Shown here: in pieces, positions 38,484 through 48,454 of the stretch
Position numbering within the stretch: position 1 is the stretch's first letter
Layout of the letters: every line of letters starts with the position of its first letter
DNA from: Trueperaceae bacterium
GTDB taxonomy: Bacteria; Deinococcota; Deinococci; Deinococcales; Trueperaceae
NCBI GenBank assembly: GCA_965213705.1
Contig: OZ243913.1
Location: forward strand, 1,248,001 to 1,312,000
Direction of reading: 5' to 3'
DNA: 64,000 nucleotides
The notes under the pieces: model-generated
Seen by the model: the letters and a program-made list of their open reading frames with translations, nothing else
Databases searched by the model: none
Told to the model about the DNA's origin: nothing
Made by a program: the position numbers and the translations under genes

Positions 38484-39603
38484 AGACAGCCCATCCCGAC
38501 TGAGTCTTCTCTCCTGAGCTGAAAAGGGTGCTCGCATAGGCTCGTCCGCTTTGCTTATCGAAAAGGACGACGGCATTTTTACGTGGTTTTAGGGACAGGG
38601 CGTCGTCTCTGCGAACGTTGAACGCTTCACTAGCGCGCACCTTGAGCCTACCCACCTCTGTGTCCACCGTAAGGAGCTGACGGGACCCCATGTACTCTAC
38701 CTCGAAAACTGTTCCCGGAAGACCTGTGGGGTCGCCTACCGAGCCAATATCTATGTGTTCAGGGCGGATGCCCAGGGTCACTTCTGCTGGCGTCGCCTCG
38801 AAAAGTTGGGGGACTTCAAGCGGCGTGCCTGCAACCGCAACCGTTTGACCTCCTTTTGGCAAGCCTGCTTTGGCGGGAAGGAAGTTCATGGCGGGACTGC
38901 CGATAAAGTTTGCCACGAACTGCCAGCGGGGTTGGTGGTAGATTTCCTGGGGGCTGGCGACTTGTAAAACCTCGCCGCGGGACATGACGGCGATTTTGTC
39001 CGCCATCGCCATCGCCTCGAGCTGGTCGTGGGTAACGTAGACGGTCGTTGCGCCGGTGCGCGTATGAAGCTGTTTGAGTTCTTCGCACATCAGCTCTCTA
39101 AATTCGGTGTCGAGCGTGCCGAGCGGCTCGTCCATGAGAAAAGCTTTGGGTCGCCGGATGATGGCGCGGCCCAGCGCGACGCGCTGCCTGTCCCCGCCCG
39201 CAAGTCCTGTGACGCCTTTGTCAAGGAGATGTTCTATGCGAAGCATCCGTGCGACTTCTGCAACGCGCGTTTTCACTTCGCGGCGAGCAACCCCTTCCGA
39301 GCGTAGGGGATAAGCGAGGTTTCGCGCCACATTCATGTGTGGGTAAAGGGCAAAAAGCTGAAAAACAAAAGCGATGTCCCGCTGGCTGGCGCGCAGCCGC
39401 GACACGTCCTCGCCGTCCAACCGTATCTCGCCGGAGCTGGGAATCTCGAGCCCCGCTATCATCCGCAGCGTCGTCGTTTTGCCGCAACCCGAAGGGCCCA
39501 GCAGCACAAAAAACTCGCCGTCGTGAATCGTGAAGCTGCTGTCTTTGACTGCCACGAAGTCGTCGAAGCGCTTGTGAACGTGGCTAAGCTCAATGTCTGC
39601 CAT
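38476..39603 (-). CDS. Sugar ABC transporter ATP-binding protein
   Basis: GPSGCGKT, LAGGD, LMDEPL, YVTHDQ. Confidence 0.95.
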   Translation of the reverse strand: MADIELSHVHKRFDDFVAVKDSSFTIHDGEFFVLLGPSGCGKTTTLRMIAGLEIPSSGEIRLDGEDVSRLRASQRDIAFVFQLFALYPHMNVARNLAYPLRSEGVARREVKTRVAEVARMLRIEHLLDKGVTGLAGGDRQRVALGRAIIRRPKAFLMDEPLGTLDTEFRELMCEELKQLHTRTGATTVYVTHDQLEAMAMADKIAVMSRGEVLQVASPQEIYHQPRWQFVANFIGSPAMNFLPAKAGLPKGGQTVAVAGTPLEVPQLFEATPAEVTLGIRPEHIDIGSVGDPTGLPGTVFEVEYMGSRQLLTVDTEVGRLKVRASEAFNVRRDDALSLKPRKNAVVLFDKQSGRAYASTLFSSGEKTQSGWAVYG

Positions 39604-39608
39604 AAGTC

Positions 39609-39821
39609 TCAAGCCTCATCGAAGTGACTGACGATCAAGAAGCCGACAGTCCCTGTTAGCAAAACGAGAAAAGACTTGCTGTAGAGCCAGGCGGAAAAAG
39701 GCTGCATGAGCATGAACACGCCCAGAGCAATGAGGATACTCGCGGCGTTTTCCCAGGGTCCGCGCAAAAAGATTTTTCTACGCTTTTGTTCCGATTCGTT
39801 TGTAGGCGAGCGTCCGGACAT
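39609..39821 (-). CDS. Small two-TM membrane protein in the ABC operon
   Basis: RGPWENAASILIALGVFMLMQPF...GFLIVSHF; ATG overlaps the permease stop (TAATG). Confidence 0.75.
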   Translation of the reverse strand: MSGRSPTNESEQKRRKIFLRGPWENAASILIALGVFMLMQPFSAWLYSKSFLVLLTGTVGFLIVSHFDEA

Positions 39822-40768
39822 TATTTTCTCACTGCTCCAAAGGTGATTCCGCGAAGAAGGTGCTTGCGAAGGAGAACCGTGAAGAACACCACTGGAATCA
39901 AAAACAGCGTTGTACCGGCAGCGACGGCAGGCCAGTCGAGCCCTCCCTCGCCGATGATGTTGGGAATAAAAGGCGGCGCGGTCTGCGCGGTGCCACTGGT
40001 CAGCAAGACTGCGAAAGCGTACTCGTTCCACGAAAAGATGAGGCAGAAAATGGCGGTCGCGGCGATGCCCGTGATGGCTTGGGGCAGCACGACCTTGCGA
40101 AAGGCTTGCAGCCTCGAGTACCCGTCCACCATCGCCGCCTCTTCGTACTCGCGCGGTATCTCGTCGATAAAACCTTTGAGCAGCCACACGGACAAACTCA
40201 AGTTCACCGCTGTGTAGAGGAGAATCAGCCCCAGGTGAGTGTCGTTAAGGTTGAGCTGCCGGTACATAAGAAAGATAGGGATGGCGACAGCGACGGGCGG
40301 CATCATTCGCGTTGAGAGGATGAAAAAGAGCCAGTCTTCGCTGCCGGGTATTTTGAAACGCGAAAAGGCGTAAGCCGCTAAAACGCCCAGGAAAACCGCC
40401 AGAAAGGTCGAGCCGAAGCCGACGACGAGCGAGTTGAGGTAGCGCCCGACGAACCTGGACTGCCCGGTGATGACCATGTTCTGCCCGCGCACCAGCCGGT
40501 CATACCAGGTTGTTGCCGGTGGCAGACTCTCCATATACTCGGACGTTTGCCGCGAGCGGTTGGTGAAAACGTTGACGTAACCCTCCAGGGAGGGCTCAAA
40601 GACGACCTCGGGCGGGTAGGCGGTAGCTGCCGACTGCGACTTGAAACCGGTCGCGATAATCCATAGAATGGGAACCATCGAAACGAGTGCGTAAAGAACT
40701 ACTACAACGCCCGCAACCCTGCGGTTGGTAGGGCTGGGGCTTATCACCGAAGAGTTTTCCTGGCTCAT
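39821..40768 (-). CDS. Carbohydrate ABC permease (MalG type)
   Basis: AAYAFSRF, EEAAMVDG, FSWNEY. Confidence 0.95.
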   Translation of the reverse strand: MSQENSSVISPSPTNRRVAGVVVVLYALVSMVPILWIIATGFKSQSAATAYPPEVVFEPSLEGYVNVFTNRSRQTSEYMESLPPATTWYDRLVRGQNMVITGQSRFVGRYLNSLVVGFGSTFLAVFLGVLAAYAFSRFKIPGSEDWLFFILSTRMMPPVAVAIPIFLMYRQLNLNDTHLGLILLYTAVNLSLSVWLLKGFIDEIPREYEEAAMVDGYSRLQAFRKVVLPQAITGIAATAIFCLIFSWNEYAFAVLLTSGTAQTAPPFIPNIIGEGGLDWPAVAAGTTLFLIPVVFFTVLLRKHLLRGITFGAVRK

Positions 40769-41661
40769 CGCTGCTTCACCCTGTTAAGGAACTTGACGTA
40801 GATGCTCGTCGCGCCGAAGATCGTGGTAAAAAGAATGATGGCAAAAGCCGAACTGTAGCCCGTGCGCCATTTTTCGAAAGCTTCTCGCTTGAGGTTGATA
40901 GAGGCGAGTTCGGTTACCGAGCCCGGACCGCCGGAAGTCAGTTCTACCACCAGGTCGAACATCTTAAAGTTTTCAATACCTCTAAATAGAACCGCGAGCA
41001 TCAAAAAGGGCAGCGCCATCGGTACGGTGATGGTCCAGAATTTGCGCCACGCCGACGCACGGTCCACTTCCGCCGCTTCGTAAATGTAGTCGGGTATCGA
41101 CCTTAACCCCGCTAAGCAAATGAGCATGACGTAAGGTACCCACATCCAAGTATCAACGATGACAATCGCCCAGGGTGCCAGGTTGACACTGCCGATCATG
41201 TCGAGCGGACCCGTGCCGGCAAAAAAGTCGATGATATAAGAGAAAATACCGATCTGCGGCTGGTAGAGGTAGGTCCAGAAAACCCCGACGACCGCCGGAG
41301 AAAGCATCATGGGCAGCAGGATAATCGTTGTCCAGAAGCTGTGACCTTTGAAGCGGTGGTTAATGAGTAAGGCCAAGCCAAAGCCGATGACAACCTGCAA
41401 GAGCATCGTCCAGCAGACGAACTGGGCGGTGACCTGGAGGGAGTACCAGACGTCCTGGTCGCCCAAAATTCGCACGTAGTTGCGTATGCCAACAAGGTCT
41501 ACCTCTTGACCGGGGCGGTTAGCTCGGTAGTCCGTGAAGCTGAGGTAGATTGTCCAGATAAGGGGAAAGATGTTTATGGCGAGAAGGATTAGTATTGTTG
41601 GCGCAACAAAGAGCCAAGCGATAAACCGGTCCGAGAGCCTGCGCGGTTGAGGTAAAGCCAT
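40765..41661 (-). CDS. Carbohydrate ABC permease (MalF type)
   Basis: VGIRNY, YEAAEVDRAS.W..F..IT.P, GGPG. Confidence 0.95.
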   Translation of the reverse strand: MALPQPRRLSDRFIAWLFVAPTILILLAINIFPLIWTIYLSFTDYRANRPGQEVDLVGIRNYVRILGDQDVWYSLQVTAQFVCWTMLLQVVIGFGLALLINHRFKGHSFWTTIILLPMMLSPAVVGVFWTYLYQPQIGIFSYIIDFFAGTGPLDMIGSVNLAPWAIVIVDTWMWVPYVMLICLAGLRSIPDYIYEAAEVDRASAWRKFWTITVPMALPFLMLAVLFRGIENFKMFDLVVELTSGGPGSVTELASINLKREAFEKWRTGYSSAFAIILFTTIFGATSIYVKFLNRVKQR

Positions 41662-41691
41662 TTAAACCCTCTCAAAGTAACTTTATGAAAA

Positions 41692-41721
41692 GGTTCAGGT
41701 CGTGACGGTACGACCTGAACC
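41692..41721 (-). terminator. Hairpin between the SBP and permease genes (attenuator or stabiliser)
   Basis: GGTTCAGGTCGT/ACGACCTGAACC 12-bp stem followed by TTTT on the minus strand. Confidence 0.65.
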
Positions 41722-41729
41722 CTCGAGCG

Positions 41730-43040
41730 CTAAAGCTTGCCGTCTTCCTCGAAAATTTCGGTCCAGTCTTTAACCAGTTTGTCGAGCGCCTCTTGCGCCG
41801 TTCCTTGGTCCGCCACGACGTAGTCATGCAAGCGCTTCTGCATGGCCTGAAGAAGTTCGGCGTAGGTAGGCTCTTGCCAGAAGTCTTTCACTTCGCTCAT
41901 GGCTGTCAAAAAGTCAGCCGCAAAGGGCGCTGTGTCCGCAAAGCCAGGGGATTCCAAAACGGCCCTATGCACTGAATAGCCGCCTAACGCCCACCACTTA
42001 GCCTGGATTTCGGGCTGAGCGAACCATTTGATGTACTCGAGCGCCAAGTCTTGCTTGTCCGAGTAGGCAACCACCGAGATGCCCTGCCCGCCGAGCACCG
42101 ACGCCGCGACATTTTGGGACGGGTTGACGAAGAAGCCCGTTACGTCACCCACGTTTTCATCTTTGCTAACCCCAGGGAAAAAGGCGAAAAAGTTCATCTG
42201 CATAGCGACCTGCCCCGAACTGTAGGCGTCCAGGTCTTCCGTCATGTAGGCGTCAGAGTGACCAGGCGGCGTGCAGCAGTCGTAAAGTGACTTGTAAAAC
42301 TCGAGCGCTTCGACAGCTTCTGGGCTGTTGACAAAGCCCTCCATATGGTAGGGATTCTCCGGGTCCTCGTACTGCATACCCCAGGGATACAGGGCAGCTG
42401 TCGCGCCCATCGTGATGCCTTCAGAGCCGCGCTCGGTATAGATGGCTGCGCCATAAACCGTGTTCCCATCAATCTCGCGTCCCTGGAAAAACTCGGCAAT
42501 GTCTTTTAGTTGATTCCAATCCTCGGGCACGCCTAACTCGTAGCCGTAGGTTTCCTGAAACTCCGCTTGCAACTCGGGGCGTTCGAACCAATCCTTTCGG
42601 TATGTCCAGCCGACCGCGTCACCCATTGCCGGGAGTGCCCAATACTCAGGTTCACCCTTGGGCCAAGTTGAGTAAGCTTCGACAGCCGCGGGCAAAAAGT
42701 CGTCCATCGAGATACCCTCTGCCTCGAAGAAGTCGTTCAGCTTCACGTAGTGGCCGTAGGTCGCTGAGCCGCCCAACCACTGACTGTCGCCGATAAGCAG
42801 GTCGCAAAGGTCGCCCTGAGAGTTGAGTTCGTTAAGAAAGCGGTCCGCAAAGCTTGTCCAGGGGACGAACTCGAAGTTCATCTGGACGCCTGTTTCTTCG
42901 GTAAAGTCTTTCGAGAGTTCCGCTAGAGCGTTGGCAGGGTCCCAGGCGGCCCAGCAGAGCGTTAAATCCTGCGCCTGTGCCGAGAGGAAAAAAGCAGCTG
43001 CCAAAAGGGCGATTAGGTGCCTCAACAATCTATGTTTCAT
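41730..43040 (-). CDS. Sugar/polyol ABC substrate-binding protein (family 1)
   Basis: Signal peptide ending AQAQ; WAAWDPANAL, YRKDWF, P.DW.QL, LGGQG. Confidence 0.93.
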   Translation of the reverse strand: MKHRLLRHLIALLAAAFFLSAQAQDLTLCWAAWDPANALAELSKDFTEETGVQMNFEFVPWTSFADRFLNELNSQGDLCDLLIGDSQWLGGSATYGHYVKLNDFFEAEGISMDDFLPAAVEAYSTWPKGEPEYWALPAMGDAVGWTYRKDWFERPELQAEFQETYGYELGVPEDWNQLKDIAEFFQGREIDGNTVYGAAIYTERGSEGITMGATAALYPWGMQYEDPENPYHMEGFVNSPEAVEALEFYKSLYDCCTPPGHSDAYMTEDLDAYSSGQVAMQMNFFAFFPGVSKDENVGDVTGFFVNPSQNVAASVLGGQGISVVAYSDKQDLALEYIKWFAQPEIQAKWWALGGYSVHRAVLESPGFADTAPFAADFLTAMSEVKDFWQEPTYAELLQAMQKRLHDYVVADQGTAQEALDKLVKDWTEIFEEDGKL

Positions 43041-43161
43041 AAGGTACAAGTACCCCTTCCCAAAGATTATTCGAAAAAACAGGCCCGTTTTTTCGCCTTT
43101 CAAGAACTTCCGATAAAGACGAGCGTCACGACGAAGCTGGTCACATCGGTAGATAAAAGAC

Positions 43162-43213
43162 AGTTTAGTAGTTAAACTTAAGTGAGTTTAGTAGCTAAAC
43201 TTATATTTGTCAA
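43162..43213 (-). promoter_or_regulatory. Sigma70 promoter overlapped by two tandem palindromic operators
   Basis: Minus strand TTGACA (43213-43208)-17 bp-TAAACT; AGTTTAGTAG(T/C)TAAACTTA at 43162-43180 and 43185-43203. Confidence 0.8.
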
Positions 43214-43532
43214 GGCCTAAACTTTTAACCTGGAACTTTACGAGAATTACCCTATTGACAAAAACGTTCGCGCGCAACGCCCGGTAAACCCGCTTGGGTA
43301 GGGACAGCGGCACCTTCACTCTTTACCCCGGACAGCCGACAGCCTTACTTGTACCAAAAAGCTGCTAGGTAGGCGCGTCGACAAAGTAGCTGCACATCTA
43401 ATTCCGGCAACACCGGCAGCCACACCACCCACAACGGCTTCCGCTTGACCGGCCACCCCTAAACACCCCTAGCAAGTGTTGTAGATAGCCAAGCCTAACT
43501 GTAAAGCCCTTGGGTACAACTACCTCACGCTA

Positions 43533-44159
43533 CAGCGGCTCCTCTCGACGGCGGCTTACGCCCAGCGCATCGCCCTGGGAAGCCGCGCCAGCGCCGAGCA
43601 CACGCTCGCGGACATCCGCGCCGCCCACGCGGCGGTTGAACAAGAGCGGCGGACGCGCATCCCGGACTGGGCGCACCGGGACGTGCTGTACCTGCTGGTC
43701 GACTACTCGGAGCGGGCTTTCGCCGCTCTCCAGCGCCCGCTGAGCGCAGCCGAGCGCGAGGAGCTGTGGGAGGTGTTCCGCCGCGCGGGCACCGGGCTCG
43801 GCGTTCTAAAGCTGCCGCCGAGCTACGCCGCCTGGCGAGTAGACCGAGAGCGGCACCTCGCGCGCGACCTGGTCTTCAGCGAGCACACGGCGGCGCTGTA
43901 CGCGGCCTACCGCCGTCATCTGGGCCCGTGGCGGTACGCGCTCCTGCGGCAGGTCCAGGCTGCGCTGCTTCCCGAACGTGTGCGCCGCTTGCTCGACCTG
44001 CCCCGGCGCAGCTGGCTGCGCCGGCTGCTCCCGCTCTATCCTGGGTTGGCGGAGCTGGGGCTACGCTCTGTGTTCCAGCGGGCGCTCGTCCCGCCCGAGC
44101 ACCGCGCCGCCGTGCAGGCCCTCGACCACCCAGGCGTGCGGCGGGAACACGCCGCTTAA
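43533..44159 (+). pseudogene. 5'-truncated DUF2236/MpaB-family oxygenase
   Basis: RLLSTAAYA...IRAAH..VE..R..RIPDWA.RDVL..L.DYS, LP.SY..W; no start codon or N-terminus upstream. Confidence 0.65.
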
Positions 44160-45115
44160 CCCTACCCGTTTTGCCGGTCGTGCCCTGACTTTGTCCGGCG
44201 CGTGCCTTCGTCCACAAAGGAGAGACGAGGGTTGAAGCGAGTGAGCAGCATTTTTTACGATTTCTGGTCCTGCCGACCGCACCTGCTTGGTGAGGTGCGA
44301 CCCGACCTTAGGCTCGAGCCCGTCACCTGGGTGTTTGGCACAAAGTTAAGGTCAAACCTGCACTGTCGAGGTACGTCGGGTTCTCTACCCAGGCGCTCAC
44401 GGTCATGACTGTAGAAAAAGTCTTACAAAGGGTTTTTGTAGAACCCGGTTCTGTTGGTAAAGTCGTCAAGCCTTTGAAATATGATTTATGTTGCGACCAA
44501 CGGTGTCAGAACCCAGGCAAAAAGCAACGCTAAGCCGACCCTCTTCAAAAGCTCGGTCTCTGCGCGAGGACGGGTCCGACAACACCTTCCGAACGGCCCT
44601 GCCTTACAACGAGACTATCCCTTCAACTTCTTCACCGGCAACAGCCTCCAGCCAACCTTCAGCTCTCCCGTTTACCACATGGCTTTCCCACCGCTGACGT
44701 GGCACTCCGAAGCGCAGCAGGTGCACACACCCGAAGTTGCACAGGGCTACACGGTGTCGGAACTCGAGTAATTTGTCATCCCCTCGGTTAGGAGACCAAA
44801 ATCTTTACGGAGCAGCCGGTGGTGCTGAGTAAAGACGGGACGCAGGTTGGTAAATTTATCCTGGCGGAATAAGAATAGGCTCGCTCAAGCGCGGGGCGGC
44901 TTGGGCCGCCCGCCCTCAACGCACGCGCCTTGACGCAAGAGGGGCTGAGTCCGGGTTATGGTTGAAGGGTTTGCAACGCCTCGTACCAAAATGCGGGCTA
45001 CTCCAGCCGTGACCGTTGTATCCCCAGGTAGAAAGCCAGGCCGAACGGGCGCTGCTGAAAGCTGTCCCTGAAGCCAACGTGTTAGTGACGATGCGTCAAG
45101 TTGGAGGAACAGGTG

Positions 45116-45583
45116 ATGCCCAACCCGACAGCAGACTTCGACTTTTCCTGGGGTACCTTTTTTGCCGTCCTGGTAAGGCTGGGCACCGCTTATCTGATAG
45201 CTTTGCCGGTGGCGTGGCAGCGCGAAAAGTCCACGCGTATCATGGGGCTGCGCACCTTTCCCATCGTGGCTGTCGCTTGTTGCAGCTACGTGCTTATCGC
45301 TATAGGCGTTTTAGGCGAGGCGGCAGAGCCGCAGGCGCGGATTATCCAGGGTTTGATGAGCGGCCTCGGCTTTCTCGGGGGCGGGGCCATTCTCAAAGAG
45401 GGCGCGAACGTTCGGGGAACGGCCACCGCCGCCAGCGTCTGGGCAACCGGGGCGCTCGGCGGCGCGGTTGCTTATGGGCAGCTCGAGGTGGCGCTGCTAC
45501 TAAGTCTCATCACCTACTTCACCCTGCGCTTTTTGAGCCCGTTCAGAGAGCGTAAGGGCGAGGGTTCATCGGGCAACCCGTAA
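45116..45583 (+). CDS. MgtC/SapB family membrane protein
   Basis: RE......GLRTF, ARIIQG..SGLGFLGGGAI, V.GTATAASVW..G..G.A; GGAGG RBS. Confidence 0.92.
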   Translation: MPNPTADFDFSWGTFFAVLVRLGTAYLIALPVAWQREKSTRIMGLRTFPIVAVACCSYVLIAIGVLGEAAEPQARIIQGLMSGLGFLGGGAILKEGANVRGTATAASVWATGALGGAVAYGQLEVALLLSLITYFTLRFLSPFRERKGEGSSGNP

Positions 45584-46282
45584 GGCTTGCTGTCGGCTGG
45601 TGATTCAGGCGCAGAGCTAGTGGTTCAAGCAAAGGAGGAATCATGACGACTGCGGCGTGGTCGGTCATAGTGTCTCCGTTCTTGACGCTCGGCGATAGCA
45701 GCTTATCGTGTGTCGCCCACTGTTTCGCCCGTGCGCCGCAACGCCCCTAACTCCTCAGGCCGGTGCAGGCCGTTGAAGTCGGTGGGGAGGTGCGGCCGGT
45801 GGCGTTTGTCTTACCAAGGTAGTGCGGCCGCTCGAGCCTTCTTCGACGACGCGGGTGTCGCTGCCCAGCGCCTTCGCCAAAACGCCCGGCCAGCGCACCT
45901 CTTCACCGAAGCGCTTACCGCTGCCTGGGAACATAGCCCCAGCTGTTCGAACTACCGTAAATGAGTAGGCGTTTCATGCCGGGTGCCTCATACCAGGTAG
46001 TGTAGCGGCTTGGGTCTGGGTCCGAGGAATTTAACCGACAGCCTTAGTCTTACCCATTACAACACCCAACGGAATCATTTATTAGGAAAGCATAGCGAAA
46101 AGCCACAACCCAACCCGCAAGCCGACGGTGACGGTCGTTAGCCTGAAACTCGTCTATAAGGGTGCGAACGCACTTGTCGTTGCGGTTGAGAACGTAGAGG
46201 AGTGCGTTACTGGTTAAGTTCTACACACTCGTTTTACCAACGTGACCCAACTGGTCTGTTCATCAGCAACATTAAAACCTCC

Positions 46283-48454
46283 ATGCTGTATTCTGTTCTC
46301 CACACCACAAACCCTGCTCACGACCTAAACAGGGTTGCGTGATGACATCGCCGTAGCTGTTGGAGGTAGTCCCTTGGACGTGTTGCAAATTGATTCCGAC
46401 CTGGACGTCTTTAGCGGAATCGAGCTGCGTGACGACCTGCTCGCCGACTTGGAAAGGCGCTTGCTCGACACCGACGTCGACCTGTCGAACGCCCTGAGAA
46501 CGATAACCTCGTCGGCCGACGAGTACCAGAAGCAAGTCATCAGCGCGAGCGGCAGTCGCGTCCGCATGGTGGCGCCAGCTGGCTCGGGCAAAACTCAGAC
46601 CTAATCAACCGCGTCCTAAAGCGCGTCGCGGACGGCGTCAAGCCCAGCCGCATTTTGGTGTTGACCTTTGACAATGCGGCCGCTAAATCGCTTAAGGACA
46701 AGTTGGAAGAAAGTCTTCAGGAGGCGGACGCCAATCCTGACGGCTTCGCCATCAAGACGCTCAATAGTTTTGGTTTCGGGATACTGCGAGCCTACTTCAA
46801 AGACGAACACCGGAACATTGACCTTGCACGCGTTCGCCGCCTCATGAGCGAGGTCAAGGACGCCCTGAAGAGCCGCAGCCCCGAACGCTTCGCCCTGCTG
46901 CCGCCGTACCTCGAGCGTCGTTTTTACCTGGACTTTTTCAGTCTGCTCAAAAACAAGGTATACGACCCAAGAGACTTCAACGCTCAAGCGCTGGCGAACG
47001 ACATCCTGGCGATGCCGCAAGCAGAAATCTTTTTTGCTGTCGACCAAGCGCCTACCACGCGCATCGCCATCATCCAGAGCATTATGTGGATGTTCGCAGC
47101 CTTGGAAAAAGCCCTGCAACACAACAACCTTCTGGACTTCGACGATCAGAAGCTCCGAGCTCTCCAGTGCTTGAGGGCCGACCCCGCCGCGTTGCAGACC
47201 GTTCAAGGCCAATACACCGAAATTATCGTCGACGAGTTTCAGGACGTCAACCGACTCGACTTTGAACTCATCGGCGCCTTGGCCGAGCGGGCGACGCTTG
47301 TTGTGACGGGCGACGACGACCAGGCAATTTACGGCTTCCGCGGCTGTTCGCCGGACTACATCATCAACCTCGCGCGCTACCTGGGGTCGGTCGAGAGCTT
47401 CGAGCTCAGCAAGAACTACCGCAGTCCCAAGAACATCGTCGAGAAAGCGACGCGGCTCATCCGGCACAACACCCGGCGCATCGAAAAGCACCCCATCGCG
47501 CACCGGCAGGAGGACGCCGCCATCAAGGTGGTGGCCGCCAAGTCTTCCGTGTTCGAAGCCCGCCTGATCGTTTCCCACATCAAAAAAATCAAGAAGGGCA
47601 ACGCAGACCTCGGCTTTCGAGACTTCGCGGTTCTCTACCGGACCAACGCCCAGAGCCTGCCCATCCAGGTCGAGTTTGTACTGAACGACATTCCCTATCT
47701 CGTGCGGGACGAAGACAACATTGTCAGGAACGAGGTTCTGGAGAAGCTGCTGGCCGTTCTACGGGTCAAGCTCGCGCTGCGAACAGGCGGTGCCGTCAAG
47801 CCTAGAGACGCCGCTCTGTCGATAAGCGCCTACTTCCAGTACCTTAGCCGCCCCGAGTTTCTCCAGCTCGAGGGGCTGTTCGACTGGTCCCCGGACTACC
47901 TATCCGTCATCGGGTCGCAAGCTTTTTTCGACGTGCTCCCAAAGGCCGAGTCCAGCAACTTCGTAAAGACCCTCCTCGAAGTGGTCGACGCCAAGAGCCT
48001 GCTCGAGGCCCTCGACGTCATGGCGCGCGGCTTCAAGGGATTGCGCGGGATGATCGGCAGTTTGGAAGACGCCGTGAAAGACCGCGTGCCCTTGGGCGAA
48101 GTTTATGAGTTGGCCGCCAGCTTCAAAGGCAACACTGCGCGCTTCGTCGAGACGCTCGACAAGGCGCTCGTAAAAGCCAGAGAACTCGACTCGGGCAAGG
48201 ACGCCGCCAACGGCGTGTCGCTGCTGAGTTACTTCAAAGCCAAGGGCTTGCAGTGGCACACCGTCATTTTATCGAGCTGCAATCAGGGCCTCATCCCGCA
48301 CAAGCGAGCGCCTCTCGAGGACGAGCGCCGCCTCTTTTACGTCGCCATGACCAGGGCGTCGGCGAATTTGCTGGTCTCTCACCTGAACGAAAGCTGCACG
48401 CACAAGGTGACGCCCAGCCAGTTTCTGGCCGAGGCGGGTCTCCACGAGCCGTGA
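46283..48454 (+). pseudogene. UvrD/Rep-family SF1 helicase split by a frameshift near 46600 (and possibly another near 46333)
   Basis: APAGSGKT lies in ORF 46335-46604; adding one base restores TLINRVLKRVADGVKPSRILVLTF and joins DEFQD, GDDDQAIYGFRG, NYRS, LYRTN, AKGLQW, ERRLFYVAMTRA. Confidence 0.88.

Noticed and set aside
45632..45750. 35-aa ORF behind a strong AAGGAGG RBS
   Set aside because: No recognisable protein features; probably a gene remnant.
46616..47578. 320-aa minus-strand ORF
   Set aside because: Antisense to the helicase.
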